64,000 bases of DNA from NCBI RefSeq assembly GCF_036321535.1, contig NC_087437.1:34970001-35034000 (forward strand), given 5' to 3'. The position numbers and the translations under genes were made by a program. This document shows, one piece after another, positions 51,470-64,000 of the stretch. A model generated the notes under the pieces. It saw nothing but the letters and a program-made list of their open reading frames with translations. It was not told the origin of the DNA and searched no databases. Each line of letters opens with the position of its first letter. Position 1 is the first letter of the stretch. This DNA comes from Camelus dromedarius. Its lineage: Eukaryota.

Positions 51470-52699
51470 GCAGATGCTGTTTAATTTAATTTTTTTTAAC
51501 TTCTAGACCTTTGAAATTGTTATTGCAATTAGTAGGACTTTTTCTCTGTCCAGTCTCCTTGCTTTTCTTTGTGCCATGCTCTAGAATCAATTACTTCTCC
51601 CCAAACACGCAAGGTTGGGGGGAAACTGCTTCCCTCCAGAAGTCAGTGCTTGGGATGAGGAACTTGGCTTGTCTCCACATCATCTGGGTTTCACCCAGCC
51701 TGGGCTTCTGACTCATCCTTCATCCCCTCAGTACCTGTCATCCTGTCAGCGCTGGGCTCGTGCCCTTCCCCAGGGCGCTCTGGCTCATCCTGAGCTGCTG
51801 CTGTTTCTCCTCCTCGGGGAGCTGCTTCCTTCTAACCAGAGTCCACAGTCTATTCCGGGAGCTTCACGTTCTGAAACCTTCCTTCTAATGCCTGGGAAGA
51901 ACTCTTTATCAAAAAGACTATAATTTTCAAAAATACAAAAAACCTCAATCGCCTACTCTCAAACATAGAATTTTGGAAAACAAACAAACAAAAAAGCACA
52001 CTGAGAAGATAATACATTGCACATTTATTCTCTCAGACCTCACTGCTTTGTATCTCATCTCTTTATTTGTTTATGGAAATAAGAAAAATGTTTGCATTAA
52101 TTCTTCTCTGTAATAATTGGTTTCCAGTTTACAAAGTAGAAAATCATTTGAGATTAGAAACAAAACATGTACACAGAAGGACAAGGAATGAAAAGACAGG
52201 ACTCTTAAAATTAAAAATAGTCCTAGAGTAATTGAAGGTAAATTTTTGCTGTTTTCAAGCTTTGACTTACAAATAATTTTTTAATGTAATTTGAATATAA
52301 AGTAAAAATCTGGATTTTTTTTCAGTTGCACTGGTGGAGGATTCTCCCCAGCTCTTAGCTTATTACTAAACATTGTATCTTGAACACAGTGAATTATGTT
52401 GCATAAGAAATTTGTAATAACAGTTTAGATCATTTTAGCAATTCATCTTTTTAATGAAAAGCATACCCAATTACATGAATCATATTAGAAATATTTCCCA
52501 CTTATTTAGATTTTTTTCTATCTGGAATGGCCTCATTTCACTCGTTGTCTACAGATTCTTCCTAAATTAAAAATACACACACACAGAAACACATATGCTA
52601 CATAAATACGTTGTAATTATAAAAGTAAAAACAATACAGAAGTATATATAGAAAATATCTTTTCTCCCTTAATGTAAAAAAAAGTTCTGATTATGTTTG

Positions 52700-53150
52700 G
52701 GGTATCAGTGTGACAGCTGAAAAGCTAGACTTCCCAGACTTCCTTGCAGCCAGCCACATGCGGCCACATGACATAGTTCTGACTAATGAGATGTAAGTTT
52801 AAGTCTATTGGGAAAGATTTCTGGAAAAGCTGTTTTTTCCCCTGAGAAAAAGAGGTAAACTCACCTGACGCACATTTTTTTCTATATTCCCGTCTTCTTC
52901 CTGATTGGAATTTGGAGGCAGTGCCTAATGATGGCATGACAATCCTGTGACTCTGAGTATGGAAGATGCCCCTGAAAGATGGTGGGACCAAAGCTAGAAA
53001 ACACCTAGAGCCTTGAGGTGTTCCATGTACCCTCCTCCCCCCACCCCACCCCCCACCCCAGGCAGCTTGCCTCTGGACTTATGTGAGCAAAAATAACTCC
53101 CTTTCTTGTTTATATCTGTGTTCTAGGCAGCTACGTATTACATACTTCCA
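52700..53150 (+). mobile_element. Old MLT1 (H/I/J-like) LTR
   Basis: 'acttcccagacttccttgcagc...ggccacatgacatagttctgactaatgagatgtaag'. Confidence 0.7.
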
Positions 53151-53569
53151 ACCCCAAATTCCAGCCCTACCCCAGGAGATGAACATTCTTAACGTTTAGT
53201 ATGTATCTCTTGAGGCCTACCTATATTCGTACATTAAATTTTTACCCCAAATTTTCCCCCAAAGTGGGATAATGCTATATGTATTATTCTGAACCTCCTT
53301 TTTTGACTTAATATGATCTAGACATATTTCCGTGTCAGTACAAGAAGAATTATCCTTTTAAAAGATACTATTTTAAAGAAAAGAGATTTTCTTTTTTCTC
53401 TTAAAGTTGACACTTGATTGTTCAAGCAACAGAGAAGAATTTAAAGTGAAAAGCAGCAAATGTCCCTGAATCCTACTATCTTGAAATAACCAGTATTATT
53501 ATTGGTGAGCATTATTCCTGTTAGCTCTCTTTGAACATACTGGGAGTCATTCTCTCCCGCTACCACCTG

Positions 53570-53700
53570 CACGCACACGTGTTTATGTACTCACATACGT
53601 GCACACACACATATGCACACAAAAGTACATACACACAAATATACCCAGGTATACTCACAAATACACAGCATACAATCACACGCACACACAAATACACACA
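53570..53700. repeat. Degenerate CA-rich low-complexity tract
   Basis: Interrupted (CA)/(TACA) runs. Confidence 0.8.
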
Positions 53701-54778
53701 ATTATCACGTGGAAGAGGAAGAGAGAAGTCATCTCACAAAATTGGAACCTATTAAAATTTTTAATATGTTAATTTTACTTAATTTACTTAATTTAAATTG
53801 TTTAATTTTACTTCAATTGAACAAAAGAACTGGTAGAATGTTTTTGAAATTTATGAATAAAATAGTTAAAGAAAGACAAAGAGAGAGCTCCAAAATTCAA
53901 ACTATATATCATTATAGTACCCATAGGAGTTACAGAATTAATAATAGAAACAGCAAAGAAGCCAAAATATGTCATATTAATATTTTCTTTTTCTAAAGAA
54001 TCTGCATATTTAGCATAATAGATGGGTAATATTAACAAGAATTTGACTTATTAGATTAACAGGGTAGTTTTGTGATTCCTACTTTAAATGTAGAATTGAG
54101 TAATATGTCTACTTAAATTTATGACTTTAAGTAGACAGATTGCCATTATATATAGTATTAGAACATTTAATAGACCTTAAAGTTCACTATATTTTTGAAT
54201 TTAACTAATTTAATTCATAAGAATGACTTAAATACTTTGGAAGGCTTGTCATTCAGACAATGGAAAGACTTAAAAAAAGACACTACATTAAATTTATAAG
54301 CCCAGTTTAAAACACTTTAAAAGAGTTTAATTAACTAAATTTGAAAATGTAACCAAATATAATTGAGACAATTAAAAGCGACAGTTGAAGTTTTCTAGGC
54401 TTGTAATGGAATAACAAAATTTGTAAACTGAACCTAAATGCTTAAGGAAGAATTAAATTAGGATCTGTGAATTAATAAATTAATTATTAACTTTAAAAAC
54501 CAAACTAACCTCTCTAAGTTGCCTTTTTCGTGATCATAAAGAAATTCACATTCATGCAAGAAGAAAAAGAATCTGAAGTGAAACTTAAAGAATTTTGACT
54601 TTGGATAAATGTTTCTTCACCATTCACCATTGTGTCTTAAATCCCCTAAGGTTATGACGAAAGATTATGAATACCATTAAGGATTTGTAGTCTTCATGTT
54701 GTTATTTTTTTAAAAACTGCTTTCATTTTCACACTGATGGTTTCCTACTATGAAGGATAACAAGATTAACACTGGAAA

Positions 54779-54870
54779 GAGTGTGACCAACTATCCCAGT
54801 TTGCCTGAGACTAGGGAGTATCCTAGAACTGGAAACACGCAGTGCTAAATCTGGTACTGCTGGTCACCCT
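54779..54870. mobile_element. MER94-like hAT-Blackjack MITE
   Basis: Terminal inverted repeats 'gtgtgacca' / 'tggtcaccct'; 'tcccagtttgcctgagact'. Confidence 0.7.
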
Positions 54871-54879
54871 AGTGGGAGG

Positions 54880-55080
54880 CATTGTGGCATAAGCACTAAG
54901 ATTGTAGATTCCTACAGCTACATCTAAGACTTGGCTCTTCAACTCACTACCTACTTATCATGGGCAAATTACTTATTTTTGTACCTCTGTTTTCTCCTCT
55001 GTAAAAGCAGTTACTATGTGGAAAGCATCGCAACAGTACCTCGAGTTTAGTAAGCACTTAGAGATTTGCCTGCTATTTGG
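54880..55080 (+). mobile_element. MIR SINE
   Basis: 'tgggcaaattactta...tgtacctctgttttctcctctgtaaaa...tagtaagcactta'. Confidence 0.7.
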
Positions 55081-55129
55081 GGGCCCTGTCCCCTTTTCCT
55101 GATTGTGTTCTTGTATCTCTTTACTTCCC

Positions 55130-55840
55130 CAGTTGTTGACCCTTTATTTTACATGTAACTAGATTCATAGATCACCATCAATCCTTTTACCATGGCTTGT
55201 CCAATCCTGAGGTTTATTTTGTTTAGTTTTGTTTTTAAAATTGATTCAATTCTTGGTTGGCTGGGTTTCATGATCAAGTAGATTTTTTTACAAGAAGCTC
55301 ATAGGTGCTGTATTTTCTGAGTCCGTTGGTCTTTGAAAATGTCTGTTGCTTTGCGTAATGACTGAGTGATATCTTGGCTGAATATAATGTTATTAAGACT
55401 CTTTCGGCTCTTAGAAGAAAATGCTCGATTCCTTTCTGGCATTGACATTTGCCATACCAAAGTCTAAGCCTCAGCTTGACTTTTCCTTTTCTCTCATAAA
55501 GGGCTTGTTTTGCCTGAATGTCTGAATAATATTTTTAGGTCTTTTCAAAGAATTAATATTCTTAAAGTTCAGTAACTTAACTGCATCATATCTTGATCTT
55601 TATCAGTTTCCTCTTATGTACAGTGTGTTCTAACTCCAGATTCAGTTCTTATATTTCAATGAAATTTTTCTGTATTTTAATTTTTATACGTTTTCTGTTT
55701 GTTGAGTTTCACCTCAGGGACATCAATTATTGGGCAGGCCATCTTTCTCTGCTCTTCATTTTATCATGTTCTCTGAAATTGCTTTAATCTCTTCACCTTT
55801 CTCCTCTGCATTCATGGTATCCTCAAGCCTTTCATGCCAT
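55130..55840 (-). mobile_element. HAL1/L1M ORF1-like fragment, antisense
   Basis: T-rich; 'tttgaaaatgtctgttgc...tatcttggctgaatataat' is typical of antisense HAL1. Confidence 0.55.
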
Positions 55841-55844
55841 CTAG

Positions 55845-56320
55845 CAGACAGTGGTAGGTGCCTACCTAATAGAACTTTCTCTCTTCTTCCTCACTAACAG
55901 AACTCTATTTTGTTTATGACGACAATATATATAGCTTAAAAACCTGATGTACTGGGCTTTCTTGAAACTAGGGGTGGACATACGACGTACGATACAGTTC
56001 TGGCCAAGGAGATATATCTACCATGTGGGATATTTAGAAAAGCGCCCTAAAAGGGGTCTAAGCAGGCACATGTCTTTTGTCTTTCTTCCTTCCCATTATT
56101 CCATCTTGTAGTATAGATGCAGGGTGGAAGAAGTGCTATCTTGGTATCAGGAGGTGACCATAAGGATGAAAGCCAAACACTAGAGACGCTAGAGCAGAAA
56201 GCTGATTGGGTCTTTGACAGCTCCTTCGAAGAAACAATGAAACAACTTCCATAATTTATTTAAACAAGTGTTCAGTTAAGTTTCTTGTTACATATAATTG
56301 AAAATAATTCCTACTGTTAC
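55845..56320 (+). mobile_element. Old MLT1 LTR
   Basis: 'ttcttcctcactaacagaactctattttgttta', 'cagttctggccaaggagata', 'gaggtgaccataaggatgaaagcca'. Confidence 0.7.
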
Positions 56321-57326
56321 AGACCATGCATTTAATATTTAGCGAAGTCAAAAAAGAGGAGTGCTTTTAGTAGGTTTCATGTCATTTTGAGTTGAGGTTA
56401 TGTTAATCCCGTTTTGAGTATTTGCTCCAATTTTGATATATATGCTACTGAAAGGAGTAGTATATTGTTTTTTCTTTAATAGTGAAAAAAAGTTTGAAAG
56501 GAAAGAAGTCAGGTTACCAAGATCAAGCAAATCTTGTCATCCTCAGTGATAATTACATGAGTCAGTGGGGAGAATTACAGAAAAGGAAAGAGACTGGCAA
56601 TGGGCTATTGGAGAAATGGGCATTATATTTTGTCTCTTTCTGCCAGGTTTTCAGATTACCATTTAAAAAATTTTGACAATGAGATATTTTTAACATTTAT
56701 TTTCTGTTTTCTACTGTTTCTGTTTTCTACTCTTTTGTAATATACATATTGAGATAATAAATTTTAGCAATTAATTAAAGCAAGAAAGTATAAAATAGTT
56801 CAACTCAAGAAAAAGGACTATGACCAAGCTTGACTTGGAATTTAGAACAAATTTGTACCTTTTGTTATTATTACGGAAGGAGTTGCCTGGTGGCTCTACC
56901 TAGCTGTTAATTAAGCACATAGGCAGCCACAGTCATTAACTCCTTCCCATCTCCAGGATACTATTTAGTTATTGCTTCAATTTACTGTACTGAGCTCACT
57001 AATAGGCCATGCCTTAAAACACTGAGAATATCTGGCTTATAATACATTTAGTCTTCTATATGATTAGATGGAAAAGGCAATTCTAATTTAGTTCCCCATT
57101 CATTTTAATTTGGGTTAGCAGATGTTCTGTGTGTACTGCAGTCAACTATTTAATTTGCATTATGGAAGAGCCTATAATAGCAATTTATCAGTTTTTTTTT
57201 CTCTTATAGTGTGGTTTTAATTTCCTCCAAAATGTTGCTATAAAAATAGGATACATTTTATTTTCTAATTCATGTAGAATATCCCGAGAGGACTGACACT
57301 GCATCATCAGAAAAATGTAGAGTTTA

Positions 57327-57502
57327 TAAAGACAGACTTACTGTATGATCCAGCAATCCCACTTCTGGGCATGTATCCAGAGAAAACTATAATTAGAAGA
57401 GACATGTGTACCCCAATGTTCACAGCAACAGTATTTATAACAGCCAAGACATGAAAGTAACCTAAATGTCCATCAACAGATGAATGGATAGAGAAGATGT
57501 GG

Positions 57503-57533
<31 letters not shown>

Positions 57534-58000
57534 GCACAATGAAATATTACTCAGCCATAAAAATGAAATAATGCCTTTTACAGCTACATGGATGAACCCA
57601 GAGATTATCATATTAAGTGAAGTCAGAGAAAGACAAATATCATACAATGTTGCTTATGTGTTGGATCTAAAACAAAAAAAGATACAAATTTTATTTACAA
57701 ACCAGAAATAGACTCACAAACATAGAAAACAAACTGTGGTTACCAGGGGGAAAAGGAGGAGGGGAGGGATAGATTAGGAATTTGGGATTAACAGATAAAC
57801 ATTACTCTATGTAAAACAGATAAACAACAAGGACCTACTATATAGCACAGGGAACTATATTCAATTTCTTGTAAAGAGCCATAATGAAAAAGAAACTGAA
57901 AAAAAAAGTATGTATATGTATAACTGAATTGCTTTGCTGTACACCTGAAACTAACCCATAGTAAATCGACTACACTTAAATAAAAAGTAAGAATAAAAAA
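57327..58000 (+). mobile_element. 5'-truncated L1 (ORF2 end, 3' UTR, A tail) with perfect TSD
   Basis: 'atgatccagcaatcccacttctgggc...aaacaacaaggacctactatatagcacagggaactatattcaat'; 18-bp TSD AGAAAAATGTAGAGTTTA at 57309-57326 and 58001-58018. Confidence 0.95.
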
Positions 58001-59129
58001 AGAAAAATGTAGAGTTTAAAGTCTTCTTATCAAGGGTTCTCATTCATACAGACAAACTAGTTAAAATTTCCAAGGAAGACATTTCCCATGTGTTTATAAT
58101 CACTCTCCTGTGGATTCACAGTGGTCTACAGCATGACACTTGTTTAACCAGCCGCAAAAACAATAAATAGAAGCCAATCTAAAAAGGTCATCTGTCAGTT
58201 GGCTAACTCTGATTCATCATTATAAGGGTCAGGAAAGCTGGGATTCTATCCCAATCACCTCAGCTATGTCAACAATTTGGAGGGTCCAAAATAAGGGTGT
58301 TCTGTGTAACTTTTACTCTTTCCACTTTCACAATGTTTATCACTACTGCACGTGTAAAATGTGAGTCCGTTGTCCTTAATCACAATCTCAGGAATATTGT
58401 CAATGCATAATTACATAGCAGGAGATACCTTTTGAATTGTTAGAAAATGAGAGAAGATGGCATCTTTAGCCTCTTCCAGATTGGTTCACATTCTGCTATT
58501 TATATCCTATGTATTGTTCTTACAGCTACTATTTTGGATTCTATTGATTTCTGGCTATTGAAAAAAAAATAATACAGATTACTTTGTTTTTCTGATAGGT
58601 CTGTTAGGTAAAATTTATTGCATTCTAAATTTTGAGCTGTAAAATACACTTTCCCAATTAAAATAGCAAAGCGAATGACTCCATTAATTATATACATTAC
58701 TCATTGCATAAATTTTGTTGTAACAACTGATTAAGTGGCCATACTTTCCCAGACTGCTATTGACGATAAAATGTTGAACAAGACCCTAAATTAGTCAAAT
58801 CAATCCAAGTGGAAGACAACTGATCACTAACAATATTTCCTTTTATATGTAAGAAAAATCAATAGCTTTATTTCTTTTAAATATTAAGACAGTGGATATT
58901 TTTCATTAGCCTAATTAAGAAAATGAACATTGAATATTAGCAATTCTTAAGAGAATTGGAATATTTTGTAAAAAGTGAAAATAAGCAATTTCTACACAGA
59001 TTTTGATCCACTTCATACAATGTATTCAATAAGATTGAATACCTAAAAATGGTGAGTCCATTGTCACATTTCTTTTGTCTTCTGAAAGGGAATTGTGAAG
59101 TGAGTATAGCTTCTGTTAGTCCAGTCCTC

Positions 59130-59660
59130 CTGCATATGCCAACTGTAAACTGGGCAAAAATAAGCAACTCCCTGAAGGCAATGGAGACTAAAAGCAGGTA
59201 GAAACTGGGTCTGCAGTTGGAAGAAGAAATATGCACTGGGTGAGTTTCCCCATTTTTAAAGACTTTTAGCTTGAGGACAAGCCCTAGCAGGGGTTGCTAA
59301 ACCCTTGCGCACAGAAATCCACAATTTTACTGGCTTAAAGGACCAGGGGACAGTTCAGAGGGACTACAACAGCAGGAAACTAAAAGGGAACATCCTGGAA
59401 AGGACAGGGTCAGAGAGGGGCACCCCAAATTCTGCATATAAACTCTGCCCAAATCTCTGTTTGGGCCCTAACCCATGCATGGATGGGGAATGGGAGAGGC
59501 CCTAAGCAGCCCAATTAAGGATTGAAAAATCGCGTAGTGATAGTGATTTCAGATGGACACCCACCATAGGGAAGACAAAGTTTGGGGTTTGGTTCCACCC
59601 AAGTAAACTGCCTACTAAAACAACAACAAAAATCAACACTTTTTTCAGAGAAATGGGACC
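59130..59660 (+). mobile_element. Old L1M 5' region fragment
   Basis: 'ctcctgaaggcaatggagact...gggtgagtttcccc...taaactctgcccaaatctctg'. Confidence 0.5.
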
Positions 59661-60094
59661 ACAGTGGGGTCACATGCCTGTGTCCTAAGTGCAGCTGAGC
59701 TGGGGAGGCGATAGTTTGCCATTTTCAGTTACTTTAGTGGGAAACAGATTCTGCCAGACAGGAAGAACAAGGTTGGAAAGTAGGTAGGTAACCTAGAGAG
59801 TCAGTAACTAGGCAAATTGATGAAGCTTAGTTGGGGCAACAGAAGCATGTCTGAGGTCGACTAGGAACCAAATTTTAACTCCCTGTCTGATAATCATTCC
59901 TGCTGTATACTTTAAAACTTATTATTGTGAACATGTCAATCATGAACAAAAATTGATAATATGACTCCCTGCATATTCATTACTTGCCTTCAACAGTTAT
60001 CAGCATTTTGCCAATATTGTTCTCTTCTGTATTTTATATGAGACTGACACACTGCCTACTGCACTAAGGAGGCAGATTCTTCTATATTTTAAAT

Positions 60095-60370
60095 TTTACT
60101 TCCCTTCAACTTTTAATTTGAATAATTTCAAATGTATATAAAGATGGAGAGGACAGTGCAAGGTATAGTCAAATACCTTTCACCTAGATTTAACAATTGC
60201 TAATATGTTGACATATTGGCTTTACCTTTCTCAAATACATATATATATATGTGTATGTGTATGTATATGTGTATATATATTTGTATGTATATGTGTATAT
60301 ATGTATATATATACTTTTTTTCTGAAACATTTGAAAGTAAGTTGCAAACATCATTATACTTTACCACTGT
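60095..60370 (-). mobile_element. L1MC4-like 3' end, antisense, with internal (TATG)-type microsatellite
   Basis: 'acctttcacctagatttaacaattgctaata...ttttctgaaacatttgaaagtaagttgcaaacatcat'. Confidence 0.75.
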
Positions 60371-60795
60371 ATCAGTTTAACTTTGGCTATTAAAAAAACC
60401 GTCTAGTGTTTAAAATAACCATTTATTTGTTTATGATTCTGTGGGTTGGTACTTTGAGTAGGGCCTGGCTGTGGTGGTTTTTCTCTGCTCTGTGTAGGTT
60501 TGTCTGGGCTCAGTCATACATTTGTGATCAGTTGGGAGGTTGGCTGAGGAATAGCTGGTTCTCCATGGCCTCATTCACATGTCTGGCAGCTGACTGGGAC
60601 TTCAGTTCTCCACGTGACCTCTCATTCTCCAGGAGGTCATACCAGGCCTCTTCCCTGGCAGTGTCAGGCAGGGTTCCAGGAGGATGAGAGCAGAAGCTGC
60701 AATATCTCTTGAGGTTGAGGCTCAAAAGTCACATAGCATCACTTAAACGATATTCTGTTGGTCAAAACAAACTACAGACCAGCTGAGAGTCAAGA
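60370..60795 (-). mobile_element. MLT1F/H-like LTR, antisense
   Basis: 'taaaataaccatttatttgtttatgattctgtgggttgg...atggcctcattcacatgtctggcag...catagcatcact'. Confidence 0.75.
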
Positions 60796-60799
60796 AATG

Positions 60800-61433
60800 A
60801 GCCAGTTTGCCCTGCAGAATCCCTGAAAGATTCACATATCAGGGATACCGAGGGTTAAGGTATGGTATTGAAAGCAGGGGAATCTCCCGAAGTCAGTGGC
60901 TCATGCTCAAAAGACCCGAACTCCCCACTGGTTTTCAGGGAGGGGTTTTTAAAGGCAACATCTGGAAATGAAGGGCTGCAGGAAGCATGAGTTTCTTTTG
61001 ATGGGGTGGTGGTGAGATGACAGAGTGGTGTTTCAGGAATCTTCATCATCAACCTTCTGGTTCCAACCAGTCTGGGGTCTACATGCTTGTGTTCAGCAGG
61101 TTGTCACCATCCTCCACCTGGTAGGGTGGGGGAGGGGGCAGCTGGGAGAGGGGGTCCTAGTTCCTGCAGAATAACTCAAAGATATTCATCAGATTGTTGT
61201 GCATATCCCCTGAGGAGGAGCTAGGACTCTGTTTTATTGCTGAACTATTGTTTCTTGGCTGCTTTTCCTTTGTTTCTGCATTCTCTTGATTCCCTAATTA
61301 GTAACTCCTCAAGTCTGCCCTTTGGAACAAGGAAGGCCTAGGAAACCAAAGCCTTTTTCTACAAACAAAAAATGGGGGGACACAGAGGAATTTTTGAACC
61401 TGAGAGGGCCCCATGGGGTCCTGCTTGATTTCA
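60800..61433 (-). mobile_element. ERV1-type LTR, antisense, partial
   Basis: 'ctcatgctcaaaagacccgaactcccc...atcatcaaccttctggttccaaccagtctggggtctac...ggggtcctgcttgatttca'. Confidence 0.65.
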
Positions 61434-61859
61434 CCATCCATCCTTTCACTCACTCAAATGATATTACCATCAGATTATTACCTCCTGTTAAACACTTAGA
61501 CAGCTCCAAAGATGTCACTGTCTAAAGGACAGTAACTCAGGAGACAGTGAGCTCCCAAGCCCTAGAAATATCCAAGTAGAAAGCAGAATGTCACTTGTTA
61601 AGGATAATGTATGCAGGACTCAAGTATGATGGGCAACTTCTCAGAAGTCTTCTAAATGTTGTGAGCTGGCTCCCTGAAAATACCACCAACATAAATAAAT
61701 AATCAAAATAGACACGTTGGTTAAAAAAAGCTGAGTTTATTGCTTACAGTGGTAAAGGAGAAGACTACCTTGAAAAGTCTTAGCAGTATTTTAGAGTGGG
61801 GAGGGCAAAGGCAGGATTATTTATGAGGTTTCTTAAGATCTGGTCTATGGTGGACTTTG

Positions 61860-62186
61860 TAATGCATTTGAAGATAGGGCCTGTAAAGAGGTGCTTAAAT
61901 TGAAAGGGAATAATTAAGAGTGAGGACCCTAATCCAATATGGCTGGTGTCCTTTTGAAGAGGACATTTGGACACAGAGAGCGAGCACACACAGAGTAAAG
62001 GCCAGTTGAGGACACAGCAGGAAGGCAACCATTTGCAACCAAGCTGAGAGGCTTCAGGAGAAATCAAACAATGCCTTGACCTTGGACTTCCAGCCTCCAG
62101 AATTGTGAAAAAATAAACTTCTATTGTTTAAGGCACCCAGTCTGTGGTATTTTGTTATGGCAGCCCCAGCAGACTAAGATAATACA
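61860..62186 (+). mobile_element. MLT1A/B-type LTR, 3' part
   Basis: 'ccctaatccaatatggctggtgtcctt...ttggacttccagcctccagaattgtga...cacccagtctgtggtattttgttatggcagcc...taataca'. Confidence 0.88.
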
Positions 62187-62931
62187 TCTATCTAATCACC
62201 GCTTTTCAGTATTGCAGTTGAAATCTAAGTCCAGGACTTTCCCTCACTGTGAATATGAAGATTCCCTGCAGAGCATCGTAGAGACATGGTAATGCCCAGA
62301 ACAGGTGCTCCTGATCTCCTGATCGTGATTTCTCCAGAAACCTTCAGGCAAACTGTTGCAGACCGTCGTATTTTGAGGCTCATCAAGGAATTTCATTGTT
62401 TTGACTGATACCTATTTGGTTAAACTTACAGGTTGTGTTGCATTCTGTGGATTCTGTTTTGATGAAAGATAAATAGCTTTTCCTAAAGTGACTTTCAACA
62501 AACTGATGGTCAGCATCTTAGTGAGGGTCCTTCATGAAGCATGGATGAGCCACACCAGCCTCCCCTAGACTTGAACATTCTATTATCTAGTCCCAAAGCT
62601 CTGACAATTTCTCTAGTCTTTGACAACATTTCCTGGCATTTGAGTCATTTTGCACTTGTATTAGTGACAACGACAAAGGCAGCTTTGTCTGTATATGGTC
62701 ATTCCTCAGTGGCTAATATTTACTTCAAATGATGTACACTTTCTCTAGCTGTATCTCCATGCTCTCTTGGTGCACAACTTTTGAAGACAATTTAAGAACG
62801 TTAGGACTCCAAACTTAGGTTAAAACTGAACCTTGAATGCCTACTTACTACTCATCTTGCTACTGACTATATTTTTTAACTCCCCTGGTCCTACAAAACC
62901 AAAAAATCTCATCTATAAAAGTGGTATCTCC

Positions 62932-63105
62932 ACATTACTATATATAAAATAGATAAACAACAAGGACCTACTGGGTAGCACAGGGAACTATGTTCAATTT
63001 CTTGTAGTGAGTTGTAATGGAAAAGAATTAAAAAAATACATATATGTGTGTATATATATACATACATATATATATATATATGTATATATAACTGAATAGC
63101 TTTGA
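62932..63105 (+). mobile_element. L1 3' UTR fragment
   Basis: 'aaaatagataaacaacaaggacctactgggtagcacagggaactatgttcaatttcttgta', near-identical to 57815-57873. Confidence 0.85.
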
Positions 63106-64000
63106 CATGAAAAAATAGATATCAGTGCAGAGAAATATGAAAAATCAGAGAATAATAGTAATTTAAAACAAAACCTGAGTATAGCCATTTCTGTCTTCTG
63201 GGAGGGGTATGGAAGGGAAGGAGGGCATAATTCATATCAGCAGTTGAACAATGCATCTCTCCCTCTCTCTTCAAGAAAGAAGGGAAAAGACTGAAGTTGC
63301 CAAACCTCTGCCCATTTTTCTCTGCAGATAAAGAGTTGGATCTGGAGTCGATGCCTGAGTTGTTAAAGCACTGGGGAGTAGAAATGTGTTTGATGCTCTA
63401 GCAGTGGGTGGAAAGTGAAATTGCTTTGCAGACTAATACAAGGGAAATAGAGTTTCTTGGGGAAACTTAGGGGAGGAAGGTGTCCAAAGAGGAGAAGCAG
63501 GGAGTGTGGGGTCAGAAAAGGAATAAGAAAGCAAGGCAGGAGGCCAGACCCTGCTGAGATGGAGGTGCTCTGGGCAAAATTCCAGTAACCACAGTGACCA
63601 GAAGACTAACGCCCAGGATATGGAAATACAAAGCTCAACTTTCAGCTGTTCACCAGATGTTGCTATCCTGTAGTCCCACACTTCATACACAACATCCTCA
63701 AAGTCTAAAAAGCTGCTGCACATGCATGAGGAGAAATAAGAATGATTTTTCTCTGCTTGTAAAGAAGCACATTCCTCTTCCTTCACTTTGAAAGGGTCTC
63801 TTTAGAAACAAAATGGTCCTTGAGTCCTACTTTCACTTTTTGGAATGTAGGCAGATCTCTCCAGGGTTCAATAAGCCCCTTGTCCTGTTGCTCCACACAG
63901 AGTTATCTCCAAGGTCTGGGCTTCCGACCCCCGTGAAATGTCTGCACACAGCTTGCGAGTTAACCTAGCCAGCTGTCTTGAGTAACTATATGTCTCTGAA

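Noticed and set aside
56701..56732. 16-bp tandem duplication TTTCTGTTTTCTACT(G/C)
   Set aside because: Ordinary local slippage duplication with no functional signal.

Overview
Mammalian (placental) genomic DNA, most likely camelid. The young L1 3' UTRs resemble alpaca/camel L1 (from memory), and I see no Alu, B1/B2, Bov-tA/BovB or PRE1 SINEs. No host protein-coding exon could be supported. The only clear host-gene signal is a CpG-island promoter (~12.65-13.52 kb) with a minus-strand, apparently non-coding first exon ending in a perfect CAG|GTGAGT donor. Positions 1-13.1 kb are therefore probably the 5' intronic region of an unidentified gene, and 13.5-64 kb is upstream/intergenic. The rest is dominated by TE fossils: L1M/L1, L2, L3/CR1, MIR, MLT1, hAT, Tigger, Tc2/Kanga, ERV1-type solo LTRs and a degenerate ~5.1-kb ERV-L provirus lacking RT. 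The most unusual items are: (1) an array of identical 46-bp units separated by (CA)n, which multiplies a consensus splice donor plus UG tract behind a candidate 119-nt non-coding exon; (2) a 31-nt tailless U6 retrocopy with a perfect 19-bp TSD; (3) a three-level MLT1>ERV-L>ERV1-LTR nest; (4) an L1 insertion with mismatched flanks. I found no convincing novel protein-coding system. Repeat subfamily names are recalled from consensus sequences, not searched, and boundaries are approximate unless TSDs or termini are quoted.
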